A DNA stretch of 64,000 nucleotides from an uncultured bacterium (GTDB taxonomy: Bacteria; Patescibacteriota; Minisyncoccia; Phycocordibacterales; GWA1-40-21): the NCBI GenBank assembly GCA_903823865.1, contig CAIJUJ010000027.1, forward strand, positions 12,065-76,064. The letters run 5' to 3'. The notes below the pieces were generated by a model, which saw only the letters and a list, made by a program, of their open reading frames with translations, ran no database searches and was not told the origin of the DNA. This document shows positions 50,769 to 59,760 of this stretch, piece after piece (the first letter of the stretch is position 1; each line of letters starts with the position of its first letter). The translations under genes were made by a program, and so were the position numbers.

Positions 50769-50907
50769 CCCAGTAGTGAATTTTGACGTCGTTTTAGAAA
50801 TATTCTAAAACAAGTTCATCAATAATTAATTATACAATAAATTAAAAAATATCATCTTTCTAAATGTCAGGTAAATAAAAAATTTAATGTCAAAATCTAC
50901 TACTGGG
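50769..50907. mobile_element. MITE-like element with 19-bp terminal inverted repeats
   Basis: CCCAGTAGTGAATTTTGAC ... GTCAAAATCTACTACTGGG (17/19 match) around an AT-rich core. Confidence 0.6.
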
Positions 50908-50956
50908 CAAATATAAAGCGGGACCCATATGGCCCCGCCCTTTATTTTAATTTTTA

Positions 50957-51340
50957 TTATTTTAAAATCGTATCAATCTCCTCGACAATTTCGTCAGGAG
51001 ATAATAGTGCTTTTACTAAGAATTTTTTTGCGCCAAGGGATACGCCTTTTTCAACATCATTTTCCTGTCCAAGATTAGAAAGTATTATTACAACAGTTTC
51101 TTTTTTCTTTTCATCTGCTCTTATTGTTTTAAGGACCTGAAAACCATCCATTTTAGGCAACATAATATCAAGCAGGACCAAATCAAAGATTTGATTATCT
51201 TTTATCATTTTGACTGCTTCTTCTCCATCTGCTGCATGAAAAATAGTAGCATTATTATCAACAAGCTTTTTAGATAATAATTTACTTAATAAAATATCAT
51301 CTTCTACTAATAAAATTCTTTTCCCAGTAAAATTTGCCAT
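50957..51340 (-). CDS. Single-domain response regulator
   Basis: LLVEDD, LLDIMLPKMDG, FLVK. Confidence 0.92.
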   Translation of the reverse strand: MANFTGKRILLVEDDILLSKLLSKKLVDNNATIFHAADGEEAVKMIKDNQIFDLVLLDIMLPKMDGFQVLKTIRADEKKKETVVIILSNLGQENDVEKGVSLGAKKFLVKALLSPDEIVEEIDTILK

Positions 51341-51414
51341 ATTTATATTATATCATAATTCGATTGTTAAATTATACTAAAGTTTAATAATTTGTTTTAT
51401 AATCACTAATATTT

Positions 51415-53373
51415 TTATATTGGTAAAGTAAAATAAAAGCTTGTTCCTACATTTTCTTTAGATTCAAACCATATTTTTCCCCCATGAGCATTAATAATAT
51501 TTTCGGTAAGAAAAAGACCAAGACCTGATCCATTTGGGTCAATTTTTTTTGCATTATCACTTCTAAAAAATTTAGCAAAAATCTTGTTTTGTTGATTTTT
51601 TGGTATGCCTATTCCAGAATCTTGAATTTTAAATACTATATTTTTGTTATCATTTTTTAAAGTTATTACTATTTTTCCACCCTCTGGGGAATATTTTATA
51701 GCATTGTCTATAAGATTTTGTACAGCAAGTTTAATTTTTTTCTCATCAATCTTTGCTTGTGGAAAATTCTTTGGTTCAAAATATTCGATTTTAATTTTTC
51801 TCTTTTTAATTGCATCTTTATAGTTATCTAGTACAGAATCAACAATCTTTTTCATATCTGTCATCGTGGTTTCGTGTAAATATGCTCCCTCTTCAATACG
51901 TGTTGTGTTTAAAAGATCACTGACTAAAACAATTAAACCTTCATTGGTTTTGAATGCACTTTCGACAATTTCTTTTTGTTTTTTATTAAGCTTTCCAAAA
52001 TCACCATTTTTTAGCATACTCATGGACCAATTCATTATTGAAATTGGTGTTCTCAATTGATGTGCAGCCAAAGAAACAAATTCTGTTTTCATTTTTTCAA
52101 CAGTTTTTTCTCTACTTATATCGTGAATAACAATCAAATGACCAATGTCTTTTTCGTTTAAATTCAATGGTATAACTGAAAGTTCTATAGTTAAATCTTT
52201 ATCCAAAATAAGTTCTTTTTTTAATATATTTGTTAATCCTGTTTTTAATGCAGAAACAATAGGTATAGCTTTTGAAAAAACTGATAAAGATTGTATTGGT
52301 TTTTTTATTAATCCATTTATTTTTAATTCAAGAATTTTTTCAGCTTCAGGATTAATTAAAAAAATTTCATCATGTTCGTCAAGAATGATAAGGCCATCAG
52401 AAAAACTTTTTATAATTGTTGCGGTTTTATCCCTTTCTGTTTCTACTTTCATACGATTATTTTCAGATTGTTCTAGCATTTCTGTTAAATTAATTTTTGC
52501 TTTTTCTAAGTCTCTTTTCTCAACAAAAAATAATCTGCCTACAAAAAACAGAGCTATAGATAGCAAAATTGCTACCACACAGATTGGCCATATCATTTCG
52601 TGTGTAAAAAGATAAGAACCAACGGACATGAGCGCTAAAAGCAGGGCAATTAAAATAATAATTACCAGGGCATAAATAAAAGCCTTAAACAACACAGACC
52701 TTATACCCATTAAATGATACTTAACAATGGCATAGCTAGTAAAACCTACGACAAATATTGTAGCTGGGGTGTCAAGATTGCTGAATTGGTTAACTCCCAA
52801 AGATGGGAGAACTATTATCACAAGTACCGCCCAGATACCGAATATTGCTTCTCCTAATAAAAAATATAATATTTGCTTTTTTCTTTCTTCATCAACTTTT
52901 TTTATAAATATAAATGGTACTGAAAGAGTTGTTCCAATAAGAAAAACCATATATGCCGTCCAAATATAAAAGAGTGGTCCAGAAACTGGCGCAATAGCGG
53001 TACTTGTAAAGGAAACGAGATTTTCAAATAATAATGGAGTAAAAATAATTAACACAAAAAATACTGAGCAAACCAAAGATAAAAATATTTGTAACCATTT
53101 ATTTATTTTTGTATTGCACAAGGCAAGAGTAAAATAAAGGCCGGTTAAAGTTACAATCGTTCCTATTGAGTAAGTAACTCTAAACCAAAATATATTCTTC
53201 TCAAATAGCATAATAAAATTAACAAGACACCACAAAAAGATAGCGAGACCGAAATAAAGAAAATTTTTGTTTATATTATCTTTTGAGTTTTTTTTGTAAA
53301 CATAAATAGCCAAAAAAAGATTGGCTAATCCTGAAAAAATTACAACGACTTTAACAATGGTGTCTTGCAACAT
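51415..53373 (-). CDS. Multi-TM sensor histidine kinase with PAS-like domain
   Basis: AHQLRTP H-box, NLIDNAIKYS, DSGIGI, GSGLGL. Confidence 0.92.
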   Translation of the reverse strand: MLQDTIVKVVVIFSGLANLFLAIYVYKKNSKDNINKNFLYFGLAIFLWCLVNFIMLFEKNIFWFRVTYSIGTIVTLTGLYFTLALCNTKINKWLQIFLSLVCSVFFVLIIFTPLLFENLVSFTSTAIAPVSGPLFYIWTAYMVFLIGTTLSVPFIFIKKVDEERKKQILYFLLGEAIFGIWAVLVIIVLPSLGVNQFSNLDTPATIFVVGFTSYAIVKYHLMGIRSVLFKAFIYALVIIILIALLLALMSVGSYLFTHEMIWPICVVAILLSIALFFVGRLFFVEKRDLEKAKINLTEMLEQSENNRMKVETERDKTATIIKSFSDGLIILDEHDEIFLINPEAEKILELKINGLIKKPIQSLSVFSKAIPIVSALKTGLTNILKKELILDKDLTIELSVIPLNLNEKDIGHLIVIHDISREKTVEKMKTEFVSLAAHQLRTPISIMNWSMSMLKNGDFGKLNKKQKEIVESAFKTNEGLIVLVSDLLNTTRIEEGAYLHETTMTDMKKIVDSVLDNYKDAIKKRKIKIEYFEPKNFPQAKIDEKKIKLAVQNLIDNAIKYSPEGGKIVITLKNDNKNIVFKIQDSGIGIPKNQQNKIFAKFFRSDNAKKIDPNGSGLGLFLTENIINAHGGKIWFESKENVGTSFYFTLPI

Positions 53374-53384
53374 AACTCTCTAAA

Positions 53385-53483
53385 TTATATCATATTTTTC
53401 TTTTTTTCTGCTATCTTTTTGTCTTTAGATTCTATTTTTTCTTTTAAAATTTTAATTTCATCACGAAGTATTGCAGCACTTTC
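53385..53483 (-). pseudogene. Orphan alternative uvrB 3' end (ESAAILRDEIKILKEKIESKDKKIAEKKKNMI*)
   Basis: ESAAILRDEI identical to the UvrB C-terminal UVR domain. Confidence 0.88.
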
Positions 53484-53529
53484 GTCCCAGTACCATAACT
53501 TTGTTTCAGGACAAAGTTAGCTACGGGAC
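53484..53529. repeat. Palindromic element, CCCAGTA...CTACGGG family; supplies the uvrB stop codon
   Basis: GTCCCAGTACCATAACTTTG-tttcagga-CAAAGTTAGCTACGGGAC. Confidence 0.85.
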
Positions 53530-55586
53530 TTCGAGCGCTTCGTTTCTTTGGGTTTTATTTTGTCTTCTATTCTTTTTTTGAGTATCATTATCTCATCTCG
53601 AAGAATAGCGGCGCTCTCGAAATCCAAAATTTTCACAGCAGCGTTCATCTGAATTTCTTTTTGTTTTATAAGCTTCTTTGGACTTTTTTTCATCATTTCT
53701 TCATCTATCCTAACAAGTTCTTTTACAGCTTTATCATGGTCGCTTCTCATATTTTCAGTGATATCGTGAATTTTTTTAATAATTGTTTTTGGAGTAATTC
53801 CGTGTCTTTTATTATAAGCGATTTGCTTTTCTCTTCTTCTGTTTGTCTCACCAATCGCTCTTTCCATGCTTCCGGTAATGCGGTCAGCATAAAGTACCAC
53901 ACGTCCAAGAACGTTTCGTGCGGCTCGTCCAATGGTTTGAATAAGTGAAGTATCAGAACGCAAAAAACCTTCTTTGTCTGCATCAAGAATTCCGATAAAT
54001 TCTACTTCCGGCAAATCCAAACCTTCTCTAAGTAAGTTGACTCCGACTAGACAATCAAACTTCCCTTTTCTAAAATTTGTAAGAATATCAATTCTGTCAA
54101 TGGTTTTGATTTCACTGTGCAAATATTCCGCTTTCACTCCTTTTTCTTTTAAATATTCACTCAAATCCTCCGCCATCTTTTTTGTGAGAGTTGTTGCAAT
54201 GACACGTCCGCCATTTTTTACAACTTTTTCTGTTTCAGCAATAAAATCATAGACTTGTGAAAGATTTTTTCCTTTGACTTCAGTAATTGGTTTTACTTCT
54301 ACAACAGGATCAACAAGACCTGTCGGTCTTATCACTTGCTCAACAATTTTTTCAGATTTTTCTTTTTCATAATCACCAGGCGTTGCTGTTGTATAAATAA
54401 TTTGTCCAACTCTTTTTTCAAATTCATCAAACTTCAAAGGTCTGTTATCACGAGCAGATGGAAGTCGAAAACCATAGTCAATTAAAGTCTTTTTTCTTGA
54501 AGCATCACCGGCATACATTCCTCTGATTTGAGAAACTGTTACATGCGACTCATCTATGATTGTAAGAAAATCTGCAGTTCCGTCTGCTTTCTTTGGAAAA
54601 TATTCTAAAAGAGAGTCTGGGGCTTCTCCTGGTGCTTTTCCAGAAAAATGTCTTGAATAATTCTCAATTCCATTACAATAACCAACTTCTTTTATAAGTG
54701 ATAAATCATAGACAGTTCTTCTTCGAAGTCTTTCTGCTTCTAAATTTTTTCCTTCCTTTTTTAATTCTTCTAACCTTTGTTCAAGCTCTGCTTTAATACT
54801 TTTAAATGCTCTGTCTTGTTGTTCTTTGTCTGTAATAAAATGTTTAGCTGGGAAAATAAAAGTTGACTGAATATTATCTTGTGTCAAGACTCTTGACACA
54901 GAGTCTATTTTTGAGATTTTTTTAATCGCATCATTTTCAAAATCCAAACGAATTAAAATCTTTTCGTTTACCGGCATTACTTCAATAGAATTTCCGATAG
55001 CACGAAATGTTCCCGGTTTTATATCAGAATTTGTTCTATCAAAATGAACATTTATAAGTTTTATTATTATATCCTGTCGGCTAACTTCTTCTCCTACTTT
55101 AAGTTTCAAATTTACTTTTTCATATTCTTCCGGTGAGCCCAAACCATAAATACAAGAAACTGACGCGACAATAATTACATCTTTTCTCGTAAGAAGCGCC
55201 TGTGTGGAAGCATGGCGAAGTCTATCTATCTCTTCATTTATCATAGCTTCCTTCTCAATATATGTGTCAGTGACAGGCATATAAGCTTCAGGCTGGTAAT
55301 AATCATAATAAGAAACAAAATAATGAACGGCGTTGTTAGGGAAAAATTCTTTGTATTCTTGGGCAAGCTGGGCTGCGAGAGTTTTATTGTGGGCTATGAC
55401 AAGAGTTGGTTTTTGAATTTTTTCAATTACATTTGCAACTGTAAAAGTTTTTCCTGAGCCAGTAACGCCAAAAAGAGTTTGCTTTGACAAACCTTTTTCA
55501 ACACCAGCGACCAACTCTCTAATTGCATTCGGTTGGTCACCGGCTGGCTTATATTCGGCTTTAATTTTAAATAATTGTTTTGACAT
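53517..55586 (-). CDS. uvrB: Excinuclease ABC subunit B
   Basis: GVTGSGKTFT, YFVSYYDYYQPEAY, IDESH, QTIGRAAR. Confidence 0.97.
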   Translation of the reverse strand: MSKQLFKIKAEYKPAGDQPNAIRELVAGVEKGLSKQTLFGVTGSGKTFTVANVIEKIQKPTLVIAHNKTLAAQLAQEYKEFFPNNAVHYFVSYYDYYQPEAYMPVTDTYIEKEAMINEEIDRLRHASTQALLTRKDVIIVASVSCIYGLGSPEEYEKVNLKLKVGEEVSRQDIIIKLINVHFDRTNSDIKPGTFRAIGNSIEVMPVNEKILIRLDFENDAIKKISKIDSVSRVLTQDNIQSTFIFPAKHFITDKEQQDRAFKSIKAELEQRLEELKKEGKNLEAERLRRRTVYDLSLIKEVGYCNGIENYSRHFSGKAPGEAPDSLLEYFPKKADGTADFLTIIDESHVTVSQIRGMYAGDASRKKTLIDYGFRLPSARDNRPLKFDEFEKRVGQIIYTTATPGDYEKEKSEKIVEQVIRPTGLVDPVVEVKPITEVKGKNLSQVYDFIAETEKVVKNGGRVIATTLTKKMAEDLSEYLKEKGVKAEYLHSEIKTIDRIDILTNFRKGKFDCLVGVNLLREGLDLPEVEFIGILDADKEGFLRSDTSLIQTIGRAARNVLGRVVLYADRITGSMERAIGETNRRREKQIAYNKRHGITPKTIIKKIHDITENMRSDHDKAVKELVRIDEEMMKKSPKKLIKQKEIQMNAAVKILDFESAAILRDEIMILKKRIEDKIKPKETKRSKSRS

Positions 55587-55649
55587 ACTAAATTAAAATA
55601 ACATAGAAATGATTCTTTGGCACTAAATTTAAACAATGAATAAAAAATA

Positions 55650-55988
55650 CTATCTTGTAGTAAAAGGCCCTTTATGCGTTCCTAAATATTCTGGTAATTC
55701 TAATTCTTGTCTACCATTATAATATTTTTTAATTTGTTTATTCTTTTGAAACAAAAACAGATCTTCGGTCGGAGTTCCGTCTATTTTTTGATATCTTATT
55801 CCTAAAGCTATCGAGTTATTTTTTGATTTTGGTATTGAAAAAGTACATTCAACCAAGAAGCCATCCTTATTTCGTATGTTTATATTATATTTTTTTAGCA
55901 GTTCAATAAATATATAGTAAGGTGGCATTTGCCCATCTGTATAATATTTATCAGTAATTGATTTTAATTCATTGTATGAATTATCCAT
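55650..55988 (-). CDS. Hypothetical protein
   Basis: Probable start MDNSYNE (the longer ORF-track start overlaps the upstream gene); no family recognised. Confidence 0.45.
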   Translation of the reverse strand: MDNSYNELKSITDKYYTDGQMPPYYIFIELLKKYNINIRNKDGFLVECTFSIPKSKNNSIALGIRYQKIDGTPTEDLFLFQKNKQIKKYYNGRQELELPEYLGTHKGPFTTR

Positions 55989-56011
55989 TAAAAATATTAC
56001 TATACTAAAAA

Positions 56012-56941
56012 TTAATTTTTTAAAAATGTTTGCCATTTTAAAATTCTTGCTAATGATTCGAAACTGCCACTTTCGGACCATGTTGGAATACCGAGATAAC
56101 AATCATTTTTTAAATCAATTGCCGCACCTCCAGAATTACCATGATCAACCTTGGCATCGGTTATATAATAGTTACCATCAAATCCAGATATTATACCGTC
56201 CGTCACAGTAACATCTGTCTGAGATCCTATTGTTGGATAACCAATTATTAAAATTTTTGCCCCTAAATCTGGTAATACATCACACATTTTATCTTTATTT
56301 ATTGCTGAATTTTTGACATTCTCATCAGCATCATCAATTTGAATATATGCAACGTCTGGACCAGAATTAAGATAGTAAACGTTATTATTATTAATATATA
56401 CAGAATAAACTTTATCAAAAGGAACTCGAATTTGACATAAAAATGCGAGATTACTATTTTGATCAGTAATAACATGACGATTTGTAGCTAAACTAACTTT
56501 ACCAGCAGTATTTATACCTAGGGTACCAGAACCAGATTGTTGTTGATAAACAGTCCCATTTGGATAAGAAAACTGACAAGATAAATAAACGATGCGGGGA
56601 TGCCATTCTTTAATAATTGTTTGTAAATCATTATTTATTTTTGGTAAAGCATTACTATCTTTATTTATTTGTTGTGTTTGGATATTATTATCTTTAGAAC
56701 TACTAGCTGTAATAGATTTATCATTCGGTGATTTGTGTGAATTAACAGATATCAAAAACAATATGGCAATAATAATTATTATCCAAGTAGCTATTGCCAA
56801 CATTTTCTGACTAGCAACATCATTTGATGAAATTTCAGTCTTTTTTAAATTTATATCTATAAAATTTATTTTGCTGCCACAATTTTTACAAAAATTTGCT
56901 TTATTATTTACTTCTTTTTGTCCACAATTTTTACAATACAT
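56012..56941 (-). CDS. Zinc-ribbon, TM, trypsin-like serine protease
   Basis: CKNCG twice; TNRHV (His), DVA (Asp), GNSGG (Ser). Confidence 0.85.
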   Translation of the reverse strand: MYCKNCGQKEVNNKANFCKNCGSKINFIDINLKKTEISSNDVASQKMLAIATWIIIIIAILFLISVNSHKSPNDKSITASSSKDNNIQTQQINKDSNALPKINNDLQTIIKEWHPRIVYLSCQFSYPNGTVYQQQSGSGTLGINTAGKVSLATNRHVITDQNSNLAFLCQIRVPFDKVYSVYINNNNVYYLNSGPDVAYIQIDDADENVKNSAINKDKMCDVLPDLGAKILIIGYPTIGSQTDVTVTDGIISGFDGNYYITDAKVDHGNSGGAAIDLKNDCYLGIPTWSESGSFESLARILKWQTFLKN

Positions 56942-56967
56942 ATTACGGAATATTATACCACTTTTAA

Positions 56968-58218
56968 TTATTTAACATATTTAGTCAAAAACTCCTTTTT
57001 ATATTCCTCAAAATTATCGTCAAAAATACTTTGTCTAATTTTTTTTACCAAACCAACAATAAAATGGATATTGTGAATTGAAGCAAGTGTTCCACCGAGC
57101 ATTTCTTTTCCATGAAATAAATGTGCTAAATATGCTCGTGAATAATTTTTACAAGTATAACATTCACAGTCTTCTTCAATCGGCTTCAAATCTTCTCTAT
57201 ATGTTGTATTTGTAATATGTATTTTACCGTATTTTGTGTAAATTGTGCCATTTCTTCCAAGTCGTGTAGGCAAAACACAGTCAAAAAGATCAACACCATT
57301 TTCAATTCCCATAAATAAATCTTCTGGCTCACCAATACCCAAAAGATGTCTTGGTTTGTCTTCTGGAAGAATATCATTAACCCATTTTACAGCTGTGGAC
57401 ATATCCTCTTTTGCAAATGAACCACCGATGCCAAAGCCGTCAAATCCAATTTCTTCAGCTTCACCTGCTTCGCCAAGGCTTCGCAGGACGCGAAGTTCAG
57501 ATATGAACTTCGCGGATTTTTTTCTCAATTTCTCTTCCCTACCACCTTGGACAATTCCAAACAATGCAACTTTGTTTTCTGTATTTAATTTGTTGTGTTC
57601 GCGAAGAGAACGCTCTGCCCAATTGTGAGTTCTTTCAAGCGCTTCATTTTGATATTTCAAATCTTCACTTGGTGAAGTGCATTCATCAAAAGCAAAAATC
57701 ATATCAGCACCGAGATTGTGCTGAATCTGAATTGATTTTTCTGGAGTAATATAATGTATTGAGCCATCAAGGTGTGAAGTAAAAGAAACTCCATCTTGCC
57801 CAACTTTTGCAAGCCTTGGTGCATCTGTATCATCAAATCTTTCTGGAATTAAAAGCGATGGATTTGTAATTTGTATAACTTTTGAAATTCCTTTTTTGTA
57901 AGCAACCCCGAGTGAGAATATTTGAAAGCCACCAGAATCTGTCATTGTAGGGCCGTGCCAATTCATCATTTTGTTTAATCCGCCCATTTTTTTGACTGTC
58001 TCATCTCCTGGCTGTAAATATAAATGGTATGTGTTTGCAAGAACAACTTGTGCACCAGCGTCTCTTACCTGTTCTGGATTTACAGACTTTACTGTAGCTT
58101 TCGTGCCAACTACAACAAAAGCTGGGGTTTCTATTTCCCCATGTGGTGTTTTTAAAATTCCAGCTCTTCCAAGCTTTCCTTTTAATTTCTTTTCTATTTT
58201 GAAGGTGATTGAATTCAC
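56968..58218 (-). CDS. tgt: tRNA-guanine transglycosylase
   Basis: LANTYHLYLQPG, TDSGGFQ, DCVLPTR, CECYTC...H zinc site. Confidence 0.95.
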   Translation of the reverse strand: MNSITFKIEKKLKGKLGRAGILKTPHGEIETPAFVVVGTKATVKSVNPEQVRDAGAQVVLANTYHLYLQPGDETVKKMGGLNKMMNWHGPTMTDSGGFQIFSLGVAYKKGISKVIQITNPSLLIPERFDDTDAPRLAKVGQDGVSFTSHLDGSIHYITPEKSIQIQHNLGADMIFAFDECTSPSEDLKYQNEALERTHNWAERSLREHNKLNTENKVALFGIVQGGREEKLRKKSAKFISELRVLRSLGEAGEAEEIGFDGFGIGGSFAKEDMSTAVKWVNDILPEDKPRHLLGIGEPEDLFMGIENGVDLFDCVLPTRLGRNGTIYTKYGKIHITNTTYREDLKPIEEDCECYTCKNYSRAYLAHLFHGKEMLGGTLASIHNIHFIVGLVKKIRQSIFDDNFEEYKKEFLTKYVK

Positions 58219-58262
58219 AAAATTGATATTAGCATAAATGACTGATAGATTATAGTTCTGTA

Positions 58263-58337
58263 ATATTACCCATTTACGCTATAGCGTAAATGGGTAATAT
58301 ATTTTTTTTTAATTATGCCATAGCGTAATTAAAAAAA
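58263..58337. repeat. Tandem palindromes with core TTAYGCYATAGCGTAA
   Basis: Perfect 38-bp palindrome at 58263-58300 plus an imperfect copy at 58304-58337. Confidence 0.7.
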
Positions 58338-58375
58338 TACAAAAGGCAGGGTGTTTACGCCCTGCCTTTTGTATT
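58336..58375 (-). terminator. Intrinsic terminator after the FKBP gene
   Basis: ATACAAAAGGCAGGG...CCCTGCCTTTTGTAT. Confidence 0.7.
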
Positions 58376-58418
58376 TGTATTTTTTTATACTATATTCTGT
58401 ATACTAAATACTATACAC

Positions 58419-58871
58419 TTATTTAACCCCCAATAATTCAATTTCAAAAATCAAAGTAGAATTCCCAGGAATTGGACCATAATCTTTTTCTCCATATGCA
58501 AGTGATGGCGGAATCACTAAAATTCTTTTACCACCAACTTTCATTCCTTCAACTCCAATGTCCCAACCTTTTATCACCATTCCTGCACCTAATTCGAATG
58601 TAAAAGGTACTCCTCTGTCTAGCGAGCTATCAAACTTTTTGCCATCTGCAAAAACTCCAGTATAATTAACCGTGACTTGTTTTCCTGCCACAGCTATATC
58701 TCCTGTTCCAACAGTTATATCTTTTGATTGAATTTGTGCTGCTTGTTGCATAATAGATGTATCTTGTGTTTTGTTTGAACTAGTAAATAAACCTCCGACC
58801 AAACCTCCACCAATCAAGACCCCCACCACAACGACGGCTATTACCACTGCTATTATTGTTTTTTTATTCAT
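58419..58871 (-). CDS. FKBP-type peptidyl-prolyl isomerase
   Basis: VNYTG..DGKKFDSS, VIKGWD, IPGNSTLIFEIEL. Confidence 0.95.
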   Translation of the reverse strand: MNKKTIIAVVIAVVVVGVLIGGGLVGGLFTSSNKTQDTSIMQQAAQIQSKDITVGTGDIAVAGKQVTVNYTGVFADGKKFDSSLDRGVPFTFELGAGMVIKGWDIGVEGMKVGGKRILVIPPSLAYGEKDYGPIPGNSTLIFEIELLGVK

Positions 58872-58980
58872 TGTTTTTATAATAAATTAATACCCTTATA
58901 TTATATCAAGCCAAAAAAATAAATCCACTCTTTTTATAAAGGCTTTTCAGAATTAAATAAATAATGCTATAATCTACGAC

Positions 58981-59709
58981 ATGAATTTAAAAAATATTTT
59001 TTCAAGAAATAGAAATGTGTTGGAAATCATAAATGGTAATCATATTGACGCCGGTCCATTAACACGTAAAAAAATGAGAGAAATTATCAAGAGGAGAGAA
59101 AAAATTACTGGTAAGGAATTTGATAAGGGTTATGAATTAATAGAAAAATATCCAAGGTCTGTTAGCATTTTCGGCTCTGCAAGATTTAAAAATGACAGTA
59201 TCTATTATAAAAAAGCTGAATCATTGGGTGCCAGAATTGTAAAAGAATTAAAATATGCTGTTGTCACTGGCGGTGGCCCTGGGATTATGGAGGCCGCAAG
59301 TAAAGGGGCATACGAAGCTGGCGGAGTGTCATTGGGATTTACAATTAAACTTCCGAGCGAACAAATTATAAACAAGTACTTAACTGATTATGTTGAGTTT
59401 GAGTATTTTTTCAGTAGAAAAACTTTATTGTTTTTTGCTGCCGAAACGTATGTGTATTTCCCTGGAGGTTTTGGAACGTTTGATGAACTTCTAGAAATAA
59501 TGACATTGATTCAAACACACAAAATTAATAGAACGCCTGTAATTTTAGTAGGAAAAGAATTTTGGACACCATTTTTGGATTTATTTAAACAAAAATTAGC
59601 CACAGAAAATAAAACCATAAACATGGAAGATACAGATATTTGCAAAATAGTTGATTTAGAAGATGAAATTATTGAGATAATAAGAAACGCACCGTACAGA
59701 GAGGAATGA
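58981..59709 (+). CDS. LOG family (TIGR00730-like) phosphoribohydrolase
   Basis: FGSAR, TGGGPGIMEA, PGGFGTFDE. Confidence 0.9.
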   Translation: MNLKNIFSRNRNVLEIINGNHIDAGPLTRKKMREIIKRREKITGKEFDKGYELIEKYPRSVSIFGSARFKNDSIYYKKAESLGARIVKELKYAVVTGGGPGIMEAASKGAYEAGGVSLGFTIKLPSEQIINKYLTDYVEFEYFFSRKTLLFFAAETYVYFPGGFGTFDELLEIMTLIQTHKINRTPVILVGKEFWTPFLDLFKQKLATENKTINMEDTDICKIVDLEDEIIEIIRNAPYREE

Positions 59710-59720
59710 GAATTAATAGC

Positions 59721-59751
59721 AAAAGAGCGGTGCCCTAGGCACCGCTCTTTT
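59721..59751. terminator. Bidirectional terminator
   Basis: AAAAGAGCGGTGCC-cta-GGCACCGCTCTTTT. Confidence 0.8.
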
Positions 59752-59760
59752 ATTTTCTAT

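Noticed and set aside
47758-53618. Diversity-generating retroelement (TR/VR pairs) as the cause of the duplicated tails
   Set aside because: Differences are not confined to adenines (T/C, C/T and T/A changes occur), they are synonymous, and no reverse transcriptase is in the window.
58219-58340. preQ1 riboswitch upstream of tgt
   Set aside because: No preQ1-I stem-loop and A-rich tail consensus; only palindromes are present.
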